Shown here: positions 26,995-38,898 of the stretch, one piece after another | Numbering within the stretch: position 1 is the first letter of the stretch | Layout: each line of letters opens with the position of its first letter | NCBI RefSeq assembly: GCF_036723115.1 | Contig: NZ_DAIMHV010000002.1 | Span: forward strand, 1 to 62,202 | Direction: 5' to 3' | DNA length: 62,202 nt | Origin: Phenylobacterium sp. | Lineage (GTDB): Bacteria > Pseudomonadota > Alphaproteobacteria > Caulobacterales > Caulobacteraceae | Program-made: the position numbers and the translations under genes | Notes under the pieces: generated by a model | The model's input: only the letters and a program-made list of their open reading frames with translations | Told to the model about the DNA's origin: nothing | Databases searched by the model: none

Positions 26995-28539
26995 TCAGCC
27001 TATGGCGGCCTCGATGAACATGGGGCCGGTCTGGCGCATGGCGCCGGCGAAGGCGGTCTCGAAGGATTCAGCGGTCTCGCAGCGCACCGCCGGCAGGCCC
27101 ATGGCCTTGGCCATGGCCACCCAGTCGATGCGTGGATCGCCCAGATCCAGCAGCTTGGCGGCGGAGGGGCCGGCCTTGCCCGCGCCGGTGCGTCCCAGTT
27201 CGATGTTCAAGATGCGGTAGGCGTGGTTGGCGAAGACCACCACCGTCACGTCCAGATTCTCCCGGGCGATGGTCCACAGGCCCTGGACCGTGTACATGGC
27301 CGCCCCGTCGCCGTTCAGGGACAGCACCTTGCGTCCCGGACAGGCCACCGCCGCCCCGATGGACAGGGGAATAGCCTGACCGATGGCCCCGCCGGTGAGC
27401 GCCAGCACCTCGTGCGGGGCGGCGGCGCCCGTCTGGCTGGCCACGCCGCCGCCGGAGGTCACCGAGTCGTCGCAGATGATCGCGCCCTCAGGCAGGTGCC
27501 GGGCGATGGAGGCGCCCGCCGCCTGGGGCGTCATGGCGCCCGTGGGCGGGGCGTCGGGCCGCTTCAAGGGCTGCACCGGACCCTGGGCCGGCGCGCCGAG
27601 GGCGTCGGCCAGGTCGCGCATGGCCGCCACCGCATCCTCGCTCCGCTCGGCCAGGGTGGTCAGCTTGCAGCCTTCCGGGACCAGCAGGCTCGGACGGTCG
27701 GGATAGGCGAAGAAGGCCACCGGCTGGCTGGTACCGGCCAGCAGCATCAAGTCGCTGCCCGCCAGGTCGGCCAACGCGGCCTCGCCGAAATACTGCATGC
27801 GACCCGGCTGGAAGCCGCCGGCCCCGCGAGCCTGCCGGGCCACGAAGGTGTCGGCCAGGACGCGGACGCCATGGGCCGCCAGCCGGGCGGCCTGGGCGAG
27901 CCCCTCGGCCCGGCAGGCCTGGCCGCCGATCAGGATCACCGGCTGCTTCGCCGCGCGCACCGCCCGGGCGGCGGCCTCGATCGCCGCCCCTGGCGGGACC
28001 TTGCGCTCGGGCCGCGCGGCCTTGACCGCGCCCTTGCCCGTCTCCGTCCAGGCGGAGTCGGCGGGGAGGATCAGGCTGACCGGCCCCCCGGGCGGGCCAT
28101 AGCTGGCGGTGATCGCCTCAGCGGTCAGGGCCGCCACCGCATCGGCGCTGTCGGCGGACTTCACCCACAGGGAATTGGGGCCGACGATGGTGGGAATGTC
28201 GGAGTTCAGGGGGGCGTCATACTGACGGTGATAGGTGGCGTGATCGCCCACCACGTTGATCAGCGGCGTGAAGGCGCGCCGGGCGTTGTGCAGATTGGCC
28301 AGGCCATTGCCATAACCCGGCCCCAGGTGCAGCAGGGTGCAGGCTGGCCGGTCGGCCATGCGGCCAAAGCCGTCGGCCGCCCCCGTGGCCACGCCCTCGA
28401 ACAGGCAGAGCACCGGGCGCATGGCGGGCTGGCCGTCCAGGGCGGCGACGAACTGCATCTCGCTGGTGCCGGGATTGGCGAAGCAGGCGTCCACCTCGTT
28501 GGCCAGCAGGGTCTCGATCAGGGCGTCGGCGCCGTTCAT
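26995..28539 (-). CDS. Thiamine-diphosphate enzyme (acetolactate synthase large subunit-like)
   Basis: FANPGTSEM, FEGVATGAADG, ThDP motif GDGAAMY...FAN. Confidence 0.9.
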   Translation of the reverse strand: MNGADALIETLLANEVDACFANPGTSEMQFVAALDGQPAMRPVLCLFEGVATGAADGFGRMADRPACTLLHLGPGYGNGLANLHNARRAFTPLINVVGDHATYHRQYDAPLNSDIPTIVGPNSLWVKSADSADAVAALTAEAITASYGPPGGPVSLILPADSAWTETGKGAVKAARPERKVPPGAAIEAAARAVRAAKQPVILIGGQACRAEGLAQAARLAAHGVRVLADTFVARQARGAGGFQPGRMQYFGEAALADLAGSDLMLLAGTSQPVAFFAYPDRPSLLVPEGCKLTTLAERSEDAVAAMRDLADALGAPAQGPVQPLKRPDAPPTGAMTPQAAGASIARHLPEGAIICDDSVTSGGGVASQTGAAAPHEVLALTGGAIGQAIPLSIGAAVACPGRKVLSLNGDGAAMYTVQGLWTIARENLDVTVVVFANHAYRILNIELGRTGAGKAGPSAAKLLDLGDPRIDWVAMAKAMGLPAVRCETAESFETAFAGAMRQTGPMFIEAAIG

Positions 28540-30311
28540 CAGTCAAACACCATCACGTCGGGGGGCGGGGGATCGGCGAACAGCCGGGCGAGCGCGCCGG
28601 CGCGGCGGGTGCGCGCCAGGGACTGGGCGATATAGCCCTTGTCGGTGATCTCGCCAGAGGCGCCGTCCGGGGGGTCGGGCAGGACGAGGGCGCGGGCGAT
28701 CCGGGCGCCGCCCTTGGCGCGAGCGTTGTGCGCCGCCAGCCCTGCGCGCACCGCGTCCTCCACCTCGGCGCGGGGACGCCGAGGATCGGGATAGAACATC
28801 AGCCCCAGGGCGGCCTGCCCTTCGCCGCACACCACCGCATCGCTCACCGCCCCGCCCACGGCGGAGACCGCGGCGATGCGCACCTCGCCCACGGGCACGA
28901 AGGTGCCGCTGGCCAGCTTAAAGTTCTCGGAGATGCGGCCGTCGAAGGCGAGCCCCTCCTCCGGACGGTCCTCGTCCACGAGCCGGGCGGCGTCCCCCAG
29001 GATATAGAAGCCCTCCTCGTCGAAGGACTGGGCCGACAGTTCGGGCCGCCCAAGATAGCCGGGGGTGATCTGGGGGCCGCGGACGCGGAACTCCAGCTTG
29101 CCCGCCGCCGGGACCAGCTTCACCGCCGTGCCCGGGACCGGCAGGCCGATCAGGCCCATGCGGTCGTTGGGCCAATGGACATTGCAGGCGGTGGGGCCCG
29201 TTTCGGTGGCGCCGTAGCCGCTGGCGAAGCTGATCTTCTCGCTCACCGTGCGGACGGCCACGGCCTGAAGGCGGTCGCTGACATCCTGGCCGAGGCTGGC
29301 GCCGCCATACTGCATGAGGCGCAGGCGCGAGAAGAAGGTGCGCGCGAGCTCGGCGTCCTTCTCCAGCTCGTCCACCAGCAGCATCCAGCCGGCTGGGACC
29401 ATGTTGTGATAGGTGGGCGCGATCTCCCGCAGGTTCCGCACCGTCTCGGCGAAGCGCGCCGCCGTGGGCTGGCCTGCGTCGATATAAAGCGTTCCGCCCC
29501 GGGTGGCGGCCATGTGCAGGATCGAATTGGCCCCCAGGCTGTGGCTCCAGGGGGCGGAGTTCACCATCACCGGCGGCTCGTCGTCGTCGAAACAGGCGGC
29601 GATCTGCGCCGAGTTGAGCGCCAGGGCCCTGTGGGTCACGATCACCGCCTTGGGCAGGCCGGTGGAGCCCGAGGTCAGCAGATACTTGGCGTGATCCTCC
29701 GGCCTCGCCGCGGGCGAAACGGGCGCGTCTTCAAGCTCGCCGAGAGCGATATGGCCGGGCGCCGGACGGGCTGCGGCGATCACGGGCAGGCCGGCCAGGC
29801 AATCAGCCGCAAGGCCCGTGGCGAAGAGCTGGGCGTCCTCGGTGAAGACCGCGGCCGGCTTCAGGACCTCACAGGCATGGGTCAGCCGCGCCAGATTTGC
29901 GCCCGCCAGGCCGTACTGCGGCGAGACCGGCGCCACCGGCGTTCCCTGGCTCAGGGCCGCATACATCAGCAGCGCATGGTCGACGCCATTGTGCGCCAGG
30001 ATCAGGATGGGGCGCTGGCCGGTCAGGCCGCGCGCCGCCAGGCCGCCGGCCAGACGGGTGATCGCCGCCCACGCCTGGCCATAGGTCAGGGTGCGCCAGC
30101 CCTCCCCGGCCCGCTCGGCCAGCCAGACCTGGTCGGCCGCCGCCTCGCGCCAATGGTTCAGCGCGTCCAGAGCGGTCTGGAAACGATGGGAGAAGGGCGT
30201 CGGATTGGCCAGGACAAGGACCCCGTCCCCCCGGCGCTCCACCTCCAGACGGCGGGGCGCATAGCGCGGATCGCGGAAAGGTGCCGTCTTGATGCGAAGC
30301 TCTGCGTCCAT
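28539..30311 (-). CDS. Acyl-CoA synthetase (feruloyl-CoA synthase-like)
   Basis: LLTSGSTGLPK, GYGATET, GRISENFKL, EITDKGYI. Confidence 0.88.
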   Translation of the reverse strand: MDAELRIKTAPFRDPRYAPRRLEVERRGDGVLVLANPTPFSHRFQTALDALNHWREAAADQVWLAERAGEGWRTLTYGQAWAAITRLAGGLAARGLTGQRPILILAHNGVDHALLMYAALSQGTPVAPVSPQYGLAGANLARLTHACEVLKPAAVFTEDAQLFATGLAADCLAGLPVIAAARPAPGHIALGELEDAPVSPAARPEDHAKYLLTSGSTGLPKAVIVTHRALALNSAQIAACFDDDEPPVMVNSAPWSHSLGANSILHMAATRGGTLYIDAGQPTAARFAETVRNLREIAPTYHNMVPAGWMLLVDELEKDAELARTFFSRLRLMQYGGASLGQDVSDRLQAVAVRTVSEKISFASGYGATETGPTACNVHWPNDRMGLIGLPVPGTAVKLVPAAGKLEFRVRGPQITPGYLGRPELSAQSFDEEGFYILGDAARLVDEDRPEEGLAFDGRISENFKLASGTFVPVGEVRIAAVSAVGGAVSDAVVCGEGQAALGLMFYPDPRRPRAEVEDAVRAGLAAHNARAKGGARIARALVLPDPPDGASGEITDKGYIAQSLARTRRAGALARLFADPPPPDVMVFD

Positions 30312-30317
30312 GCGACT

Positions 30318-31595
30318 TTATGGACGTCTGGCGGTAGGTTTGGAAAGCCTGCCGCCGCGACCGACCGGGCCAATGCGGACCAGCCAGTCCTGGATATGGC
30401 CCCGCTCGGCGGGCGTGTGGACGCGTTCAAGAGCGGCTCTGAGATGCATCTCGGCGACCTCTGCCCCCCCCAGCCGGGCCTCGGCCTCGGCGCTCGCCAG
30501 CCGCCAGGGCAGGAAGTCGTCCAGCCGGCCGTCATGTCCCAGGCGGCGCAACTCCGCCGCAGCCGGCGCGGCCCCCTGCGCTTCCATAAGGGCCAGCGCC
30601 CGATGAACCTCGCTCACCGGGCCGGGCCTCAGGCGGACCAGTCCGTCGTAGAGGTGAAGGATGTCGTTCCACGGCGTGACGCCCGTTCGAAGCCGGGAGG
30701 CGTGGGCGGCATGGATGGACGCCAAGATCTGGAGCGGGCCAGTGCGGCCGAGAGCGGCGGCGCGGCTCAGAAGGTCGGCGGCCCGATGGATTTCAGCCAT
30801 GTCCCAGAGCCGCGGGTCCTGCCGGTCGAGGGGAACAAGACGCCCCGCCCCGTCCAGCCGCGCTCGCCTGCGACTTTCGGCAAAGCTGATCAGAGCCCCG
30901 AGGCCCAGGACTTCCGGTTCGGCAGGCATGAGCTCCGCCAACAGCGCGCTCAGTCTCCGCGTCTCCGCCGCAAGTTCGCTCCGGTCGGCCAGCTCGGCGC
31001 GCTCATAGGCCTGGGCGTAGGCGATCTCCAAAGCGGCGAGCACCGCATTCAGCCGTGACGGCCACTGGTCAGGTCCGGGGGTCTCGAAGGGGATTCTGGC
31101 GTCCCGGATCTTGCGCTTGGCCCGGGTCAGCCTTTGGGCGATCGCCGCCTCGCTGGTCAGGAAGGCGGCGGCGATCTGAGTCGTGGAGAGACCGCAAAGA
31201 GTCCGCAGCGTCAGGGCCAGGCGGGCTTCGACGGCGAGCGCCGGATGGCAACAGACGAAGATCATCCTCAGGCGGTCGTCGGGAATGGGCTCGAAGGCTG
31301 CGAGCACCACGTCTTCCGGCGTCGGCTGCGCCGCCCGTTCATCCTCCCTGTGGGCGCGCCGAACCGTTGCGCGACGAAAGTGGTCGAGCGCCTTGCGGCG
31401 AGCCGAGGCATAGAGCCAGGCGGCCGGATCCTTTGGCGGGCCGTCGCGCCGCCACGCCGGCAGGGCGGCGGCGCAAGCCTGGGCCAGCGCCTCCTCAGCC
31501 AGATCGAAGTCCCTCAGCCGGGAGGCCAGGGCGGCGCGCAGGCGATCGCCCGCCTCGCGCACCGCCCGCGCCAGCGCGAGATCAGCCGGCTCCAT
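30318..31595 (-). CDS. ECF sigma factor with C-terminal DUF6596/TPR extension (ECF42-type)
   Basis: DLAEEAL, P..PAAWL, IPDDRLRMIFVCCHPAL, QRLTRAKRKI, LVPLDRQD. Next to a DGPF/YciI gene. Confidence 0.9.
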   Translation of the reverse strand: MEPADLALARAVREAGDRLRAALASRLRDFDLAEEALAQACAAALPAWRRDGPPKDPAAWLYASARRKALDHFRRATVRRAHREDERAAQPTPEDVVLAAFEPIPDDRLRMIFVCCHPALAVEARLALTLRTLCGLSTTQIAAAFLTSEAAIAQRLTRAKRKIRDARIPFETPGPDQWPSRLNAVLAALEIAYAQAYERAELADRSELAAETRRLSALLAELMPAEPEVLGLGALISFAESRRRARLDGAGRLVPLDRQDPRLWDMAEIHRAADLLSRAAALGRTGPLQILASIHAAHASRLRTGVTPWNDILHLYDGLVRLRPGPVSEVHRALALMEAQGAAPAAAELRRLGHDGRLDDFLPWRLASAEAEARLGGAEVAEMHLRAALERVHTPAERGHIQDWLVRIGPVGRGGRLSKPTARRP

Positions 31596-31600
31596 TTCAG

Positions 31601-31942
31601 CTAGTAGCTGGCCAGGGGCCGAACCTCGACCGCCCCCCCGTCAGCCACAGGGACCTTCCGCGCCCAGGCCAGGGCGGCGTCGAGATCGGGGGCCTCGATC
31701 AGATAGTAGCCGCCCAGTTGCTCTCGGCTCTCGGGAAACGGCCCATCATGAACGCTGCGTTGGTCCCCGGCGCGCCGCACGGTGGTGGCCGTCGTCGCGG
31801 GCTGAAGCCCCGAGCCGTCCACGAAGGCTCCCGTCTCCTTCATCTCGGCCACCAGCCTCATATGCGCAGCCACCACCGCCTGAAGGTCCGGCGCGGCGGA
31901 ATAGGCGTTTTCGTCCTCGAAGATCAGCAGAAGGTATTGCAT
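31601..31942 (-). CDS. YciI family (DGPF) protein
   Basis: DGPFPESREQLGGYYLIE, AVEVRP. Confidence 0.92.
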   Translation of the reverse strand: MQYLLLIFEDENAYSAAPDLQAVVAAHMRLVAEMKETGAFVDGSGLQPATTATTVRRAGDQRSVHDGPFPESREQLGGYYLIEAPDLDAALAWARKVPVADGGAVEVRPLASY

Positions 31943-31997
31943 GGCTCGCCCCTCCGATGGGCAGCTTGACCGACGCCAAGCGCGACGTCAGCCCAGA

Positions 31998-32024
31998 GAC
32001 GCGCGAGGCGGGCGAGCCAGGACA
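31998..32024 (-). promoter_or_regulatory. Putative ECF42-type autoregulatory promoter
   Basis: Minus strand TGTCCT-N17-CGTC, about 55 nt upstream of the YciI start. Confidence 0.45.
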
Positions 32025-32062
32025 GGGGGCAGCGCGCTTTTTTTATCCGTGAGCCGTCGGCC

Positions 32063-33397
32063 TCAGCCGGCCAGGGTTTCCCCGAAGCGTACGGGTTCGC
32101 CGGTCCCTTCGGCCACCACCTCGTCGTCGCGCATGACGATGCGGCCGCGGATGATGGTGGCCATGGGCCAGCCCTGGGCCTCGAAGCCGTCGAACGGGGT
32201 CCAGCCGGAGCGGTTGGCCTGGGCTGAGTGGGTGATGGTCCGGCGGGCCTTCAGATCGACGATGGTCAGGTCGGCGTCATAGCCCCGGGCCAACCGCCCC
32301 TTGCCGGCCATGCCGAAGACGCGGATGGCGCCGTGGCTGGTGAGATCGACGAAGCGCTCCAGGGTGAGCCGTCCCTGCGCCACATGGGTCAGCATCACCG
32401 GCACCAGGGTCTGGACGCCGGGCATGCCGGAGGGAGACGCCGGATAGGGCCGGGCCTTCTCTTCCCGCGTATGGGGCGCATGGTCGGAGCCGATGACGTC
32501 GGTGACGCCGGACGCCAGCCCCCGCCACAGGCCCGCCCGGTGATGGACGTCGCGGATGGGCGGGTTCATCTGGGCGAAGCCCTTCAGCCGCTCATAGGCT
32601 TCGGGTCCCTCGAGGGTCAGGTGCTGGGGGGTCATCTCCACCGTCGCCACGTCCTTGTGGCGGGCGAGAATCTCCACCTCGTCGGCGGTGGTCACGTGCA
32701 GCACATGGATGCGCTTGCCCAGGCGGGTGGCGATGCGCAGCAGTCGCTCGGTGGACTGGACGGCGGCCTGGACGTCGCGCACCTCAGGGTGGCTGGTCCA
32801 ATCGCCGGTGCGGGCCAGGCCGCGACGGTCGGCCAGGCGGTACTCGTCCTCGGAATGGAAGGTGGCGCGGCGGTTCACGTGGCGCAGCACCTGCTCCACC
32901 CCCTCGTCGTCCTGCACCAGCAGGGTGCCGGTGGAGGCGCCCATGAACACCTTGACCCCACAGCAGCCGGGCAGGCGTTCCAGTTCGCCCAGGAAGGCGG
33001 CGTTCTCATGGGTGCCGCCCACATAGAAGGCGTGGTCGCAGTGCATGCGTCCCCGGGCGCGGGCCAGCTTGTCGGCCATGGCGTCGGCGTCGGTGGTGGC
33101 GGGCTCGGTGTTGGGCATTTCGAAAACGGCCACCACGCCGCCCAGAACCGCCCCGCGGGAGCCGCTCTCCAGATCCTCCTTCCACTCCAGGCCCGGCTCG
33201 CGGAAGTGGACCTGGGTGTCGATCACGCCCGGCAGGACGGTCAGGCCCGTCGCGTTGAACCGTTCGCCGGCCGAGGCCTGGGAGAGGTCGCCGATGGCGG
33301 CGATCTTGCCGTCGCGGACGCCCACATCGGCCATGCCGCGGCCGTCATGGTTCACCACCTCGCCCCCGTGGACGATCAGGTCATAGGTCTCGGCCAT
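32063..33397 (-). CDS. pyrC: Dihydroorotase (amidohydrolase family)
   Basis: PGVIDTQVHFREPG, EMPNT, MNPPIR, IGSDHAPH. Confidence 0.88.
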   Translation of the reverse strand: MAETYDLIVHGGEVVNHDGRGMADVGVRDGKIAAIGDLSQASAGERFNATGLTVLPGVIDTQVHFREPGLEWKEDLESGSRGAVLGGVVAVFEMPNTEPATTDADAMADKLARARGRMHCDHAFYVGGTHENAAFLGELERLPGCCGVKVFMGASTGTLLVQDDEGVEQVLRHVNRRATFHSEDEYRLADRRGLARTGDWTSHPEVRDVQAAVQSTERLLRIATRLGKRIHVLHVTTADEVEILARHKDVATVEMTPQHLTLEGPEAYERLKGFAQMNPPIRDVHHRAGLWRGLASGVTDVIGSDHAPHTREEKARPYPASPSGMPGVQTLVPVMLTHVAQGRLTLERFVDLTSHGAIRVFGMAGKGRLARGYDADLTIVDLKARRTITHSAQANRSGWTPFDGFEAQGWPMATIIRGRIVMRDDEVVAEGTGEPVRFGETLAG

Positions 33398-34364
33398 GGC
33401 TCGCCTCCGTCTGCGCCAGCAGGTCGTAGGCCGCCTGCACCACCGTGTCGAGGGTCAGGTCCATCATGTGGCAGAGGGTCTGGTTGAGGCCAGGATCCTG
33501 CTGGCGGATCTGCTCGAAACTCCGCGGTCCACGCACCACCCGGGCGGCCTCGCCCCAGGGGGATATCAGCGCCTCATCCGAGGGGCCGAACAGGGCCAGG
33601 GTCGGCGCCCCGGCGGCGGCGGCCATCTGGGTCAGCCCGCCCTCATTGCCCACGAACAGACGGGCATGGGCAAGGCAGGCCTGGGCGGTGAGCAGATCGG
33701 CCTTTCCCACCAGGTCGATGAACCTGTCCTTGGGCGTCACATGACGCAGGGCATGGGCCAGGGCCACATCCTGCGGCCCGCCCAGCACCATCAGCCGTCC
33801 CCCCGCCAGGGGTCCGCCGGCGCCCAGCAGGCGGATGGCCAGCTGGGCGTAGCGTTCGGCCGGCCAGGCCTTGCCCACCCAGTCGGCGCCCGGCGCCAGG
33901 GCCAGGATGGGGCCGTCGCCCGCGGTGATGGCGGCGGCCTCGGCGCGGGTCTCCGGCGCCAGGAAGATGTGCGGCGCGGGGGGTTCATCCTCCAGCTTCA
34001 GGGCCGCGGCCAGCTCCACCAGGCGGTGATTGGCGTAGCGCGATGGCCGCAGGATGGCGCGGCGGCGGGTGTTCAGGACGCGGTGCAGGGACGAGCCCCG
34101 CAGGTCCGCCACCAGGCCCCACCGCCTGCGCCGCGCCGAACGCCACAGGGGCAGCCAGGCGCCGAAGCCTGTTCCATCCTGAACGATCACCTCCTCCAGG
34201 CCGGGCGTGTCCACCAGCAGGGGGGCCGAGGCGGCGTCCGCCACCAGGGTGAAGCGGGCGTGGGGGATTTCGTGATGCAGGCGCGCAATCAAGCCCGAGG
34301 CCAGCACGGCGTCGGCCAGACCCCGCGGCAGGATGAACAGAATCGGGAAAAAACCCTGCGTCAT
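33381..34364 (-). CDS. Glycosyltransferase family 9 protein
   Basis: LADAVL, APGADWVGKAWP, FVGN..GLTQMAAAAGAPTLALFGPS. Confidence 0.85.
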   Translation of the reverse strand: MTQGFFPILFILPRGLADAVLASGLIARLHHEIPHARFTLVADAASAPLLVDTPGLEEVIVQDGTGFGAWLPLWRSARRRRWGLVADLRGSSLHRVLNTRRRAILRPSRYANHRLVELAAALKLEDEPPAPHIFLAPETRAEAAAITAGDGPILALAPGADWVGKAWPAERYAQLAIRLLGAGGPLAGGRLMVLGGPQDVALAHALRHVTPKDRFIDLVGKADLLTAQACLAHARLFVGNEGGLTQMAAAAGAPTLALFGPSDEALISPWGEAARVVRGPRSFEQIRQQDPGLNQTLCHMMDLTLDTVVQAAYDLLAQTEASHGRDL

Positions 34365-34423
34365 TGGACAGTTATAGCGCAGCGGCGCTGGCGCGCGAGA
34401 TGGCTCGCCCTTAAGTCGTAGCC

Positions 34424-35263
34424 ATGGCCACGCCCCTTCGACACGCCCGCCTCCCCGACCGCGCCCTGATCGCCCTGGGCGGCGCCGACTGGCGCGACTT
34501 CCTGCACAATCTGATCAGCCAGGATGTGGAGAGCCTGGCGCCGGGCGAGATCCGCTTCGCCGCCCTGCTTAACCCCCAGGGACGGCTGCTCTACGACCTG
34601 TTCGTGATCGGGCGGGAGGACGGCTGCTGGCTGGACGTGGCCGCCGAGAACCGGCCCGCCCTGCTCCAGCGCCTGACCCTTTACCGCCTGCGGGCCAAGG
34701 TGACCCTGGATGCCCTGGACCTTGAGATCGCCGTCCTCTTCCCGGGCGATGGCCCGGCGCCTGGTCCAGGCTGGCTGGCCGATCCGCGCCATCCGGCCCT
34801 GGGCTGGCGCGGCTACGGCGCAGAGACGCCGGCCCAGGCGCAAGGGGCCGAGGCGGCCACCTATGAGGCCCACCGGCTGGGCCTGGGCGTCCCCGGTCCG
34901 GCCGACTGGGGGGTGGAGAAGACCTATCCCATCGAGGCCAATTTCGACCTGCTGGGCGGGATCGACTTCAGGAAGGGCTGCTTCGTCGGGCAGGAGACCA
35001 CCTCGCGCATGAAGCGCCGCGGGACGGTGAAGACCCGCTTCCTGCCCCTGGCCTTCACAGGCCAGCCCCCTGAGCCGGGCTCCGAAGTCCTGGCCGGGGA
35101 CCTGCGGGCGGGCGAGGTGCTGAGCGTCGGCGAAGGCCTGGCCATGGCCGCCCTGCGCCTGGACCGCATCGCCGGCGCAGACCTCACCGTGGAGGGGCGC
35201 CCCGTCCAGGTGGTGAGGCCCGCCTGGTTCGAGGCGGCGACGGAGACAGGACCCGCCGCCTGA
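34424..35263 (+). CDS. ygfZ: Folate-binding protein YgfZ
   Basis: LLNPQGRLLYD, signature DFRKGCFVGQETTSR. Confidence 0.93.
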   Translation: MATPLRHARLPDRALIALGGADWRDFLHNLISQDVESLAPGEIRFAALLNPQGRLLYDLFVIGREDGCWLDVAAENRPALLQRLTLYRLRAKVTLDALDLEIAVLFPGDGPAPGPGWLADPRHPALGWRGYGAETPAQAQGAEAATYEAHRLGLGVPGPADWGVEKTYPIEANFDLLGGIDFRKGCFVGQETTSRMKRRGTVKTRFLPLAFTGQPPEPGSEVLAGDLRAGEVLSVGEGLAMAALRLDRIAGADLTVEGRPVQVVRPAWFEAATETGPAA

Positions 35264-35300
35264 ACTTGCGGGCCGACCCGCCCGCCGCGACACTGGGGCC

Positions 35301-35891
35301 ATGGACGCAGATCCGATTCGATGCGGCTGGCGGGGCATGGCGGGCGACGCGCTCTATGAGGCCTATCACGACCAGGAATGGGGCGTGCCGGAGTACGATT
35401 CCCGGGCGCTCTGGGAGAAGCTGGTGCTGGACGGCTTCCAGGCGGGTCTCTCCTGGATCACCATCCTGCGCAAGCGCGAGGCCTTTCGGGCGGCCTTCGC
35501 CGGTTTCGATCCCGAGATCGTCGCCCGGTTCGGAGAGGCCGACCGCGCCCGGCTGATGGCCGATGCGGGCATCGTCCGGTCCAACGCCAAGATCGACGCG
35601 GCCATCGCCGGGGCCCGCATCTATCTGGACCAGCGGGAGAAGGGCGAAGACCTGTCGGCCTTCCTGTGGAGCTTCACCGACGGAGCGCCCATCCAGAACG
35701 CCTGGGATCAGATCGGCCAGGTGCCCGCCCAGACCCCATTGGCGGTGGAGATTTCCAAGGCGCTGAAGGCCCGCGGCTACAAGTTCGTGGGGCCGGTGAT
35801 CGTCTATGCCTTCATGCAGGCCGTGGGCATGGTCAATGACCACCTGACCTGCTGCTTCCGTCACGCCGAAGTGGCGGCTATGAGCCGCTGA
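35301..35891 (+). CDS. tag: DNA-3-methyladenine glycosylase I
   Basis: [32 protein letters not shown]. Confidence 0.96.
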   Translation: MDADPIRCGWRGMAGDALYEAYHDQEWGVPEYDSRALWEKLVLDGFQAGLSWITILRKREAFRAAFAGFDPEIVARFGEADRARLMADAGIVRSNAKIDAAIAGARIYLDQREKGEDLSAFLWSFTDGAPIQNAWDQIGQVPAQTPLAVEISKALKARGYKFVGPVIVYAFMQAVGMVNDHLTCCFRHAEVAAMSR

Positions 35892-36565
35892 TGGCCCCCA
35901 GGTCCGCCCCCTTCGCCCTCGCCGGTCCCGACCTGATGCTGGAGCGCGCCTGCCCCGCCCCGGTGTGCGGGGTGGATGAGGCCGGGCGCGGACCCTGGGC
36001 CGGGCCGGTCTCGGCCGCCGCGGTGATCCTGGACCCCGAACGCATCCCCGCGGGCCTTAACGATTCAAAGAAGCTCACCGCCAAGGCCCGCGCGGCCCTG
36101 GAGATTGAGATCCAGACGAGCGCCCTCGCCTGGGGCGTGGGGTTCGCCTCGGTGAGCGAGATCGCCGAGCTCAACATCCTGCACGCCTCGGGCCTGGCCA
36201 TGTGCCGGGCCATCGAGGCCATGGCCGTCCAGCCGGTCTTCGCCCTGGTGGACGGCAACTATCCCTTCAAGCTGCCGTGTGCGGTGAAGACGGTGGTGGG
36301 CGGCGACGGCAAGTCCCTGTCCATCGCCGCGGCCTCCATCCTGGCCAAGGTGGCCCGGGACCGGCTGATGGTGGAGATGGACGGCCTCTATCCCGGCTAC
36401 GGCTTCGCCGGACACAAGGGCTATGGGGCGCCGGTCCATATGGAGGCCCTGCAGCGCCTGGGGCCGTGCGAGATCCACCGACTGGGCTGGACCCCCGTCC
36501 AGAAGGCGCTGCGCGGCGAGGTGGGCGACGGCGACGGCGAGGCCGACGAACGGATGGAAGCCTGA
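35891..36565 (+). CDS. rnhB: Ribonuclease HII
   Basis: [37 protein letters not shown]. Confidence 0.96.
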   Translation: MAPRSAPFALAGPDLMLERACPAPVCGVDEAGRGPWAGPVSAAAVILDPERIPAGLNDSKKLTAKARAALEIEIQTSALAWGVGFASVSEIAELNILHASGLAMCRAIEAMAVQPVFALVDGNYPFKLPCAVKTVVGGDGKSLSIAAASILAKVARDRLMVEMDGLYPGYGFAGHKGYGAPVHMEALQRLGPCEIHRLGWTPVQKALRGEVGDGDGEADERMEA

Positions 36566-36579
36566 CGGCCCGTTCTGGC

Positions 36580-37750
<1,171 letters not shown>

Positions 37751-37759
37751 GACCCCCCT

Positions 37760-38830
37760 TCAGATCAGGCTGGACAGTCCCGTCCGGACCGCCTTTAGGA
37801 AGAGGCTGGGCAAGGCGTCCAGATCGCGCCTGGGCGTCCAGATGAGCCCTTCGACGCAGGCATTCTCTGCGGCTTCGGCCCTCCACAGGCGCAGGGTCAG
37901 GCTGAAGTGAGTGAAGACGTGTCCCACCTCTCCCGCCGAGCGCCAGGAGGCCGGAAGAGGCGCGGCCGTCAGGGCTTCGACCTCTGTATAGGCTGAGGCC
38001 CGCCAGTCGGTGGTCGGCAGGGCCAGCATGCCGCCCAGCAACCCCTTGGGCGGGCGGCGCACGAGACCGACCGCATCGCCTCGCGTCAGCAAGAAGGCCG
38101 CGCCGTGGCGGTGGGGCCGCTCAGGTTTGGCGCTCTTGCGGGGATAGGTTTGCGGCGCGCCGGTGGCGAGGCCCGCGCAGCCCTCCGCCAGAGGACAGCG
38201 GTCGCAGAGCGGGCCCTTGGGTCGGCAGACCGTGGCGCCCAGGTCCATCAGCGCCTGGGCCCAGTCGCCGGGGCGATCCTCGCGCACCAGGCTCGCCGCC
38301 AGACGCTTCAGCTCCGCCTTGCCGGCCGGCAGCGGCTCTTCCACCGCAAACAGCCGGGCCATGACCCGCTCCACATTGCCGTCGACCACATTGGCCGGCC
38401 GGTCGAAGGCGATGGCCGCCACGGCGGCGGCCGTATAGGGGCCAAGCCCCGGCAAGCGCGACAGCCCCGCCTCGGTGTCGGGAAAGACTCCGCCGTGCCG
38501 GGCGGCCACGGCGCGGGCGCAGGCCAGCAGGTTGCGGGCCCGGGCGTAGTAGCCAAGCCCCGCCCAGGCGGCCATGACCTCATCGTCGGGCGCCGCGGCC
38601 AGGTCGGCGACGGTCGGCCAGCGGGCGGTGAACTTCAGAAAATAGGGCGCAGCGTGGGGGACGGTGGTCTGCTGCAGCATCACCTCCGACAGCCAGACGC
38701 GATAGGGATCGGTGCGCAGGCCGGTCCGCCCCTCGGCCGGGCCGGTGCGCCAGGGCAGGCGGCGGGCCTCGGCGTCATACCAGGCGAGCAGGCGGGCGCG
38801 GATCACTTCGGGAGTCACGGGTTCAGACAT
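37760..38830 (-). CDS. mutY: A/G-specific adenine glycosylase
   Basis: VWLSEVMLQQT, GLGYYARARN, DGNVERV, C-x6-C-x2-C-x5-C cluster, HVFTHF. Confidence 0.97.
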   Translation of the reverse strand: MSEPVTPEVIRARLLAWYDAEARRLPWRTGPAEGRTGLRTDPYRVWLSEVMLQQTTVPHAAPYFLKFTARWPTVADLAAAPDDEVMAAWAGLGYYARARNLLACARAVAARHGGVFPDTEAGLSRLPGLGPYTAAAVAAIAFDRPANVVDGNVERVMARLFAVEEPLPAGKAELKRLAASLVREDRPGDWAQALMDLGATVCRPKGPLCDRCPLAEGCAGLATGAPQTYPRKSAKPERPHRHGAAFLLTRGDAVGLVRRPPKGLLGGMLALPTTDWRASAYTEVEALTAAPLPASWRSAGEVGHVFTHFSLTLRLWRAEAAENACVEGLIWTPRRDLDALPSLFLKAVRTGLSSLI

Positions 38831-38898
38831 AGGCCACGGCGGGCGGTTTGGGCAGGGCTCTTAATCCCCCGCGCCGGAGCGTGTATCCTGGACCCCGC

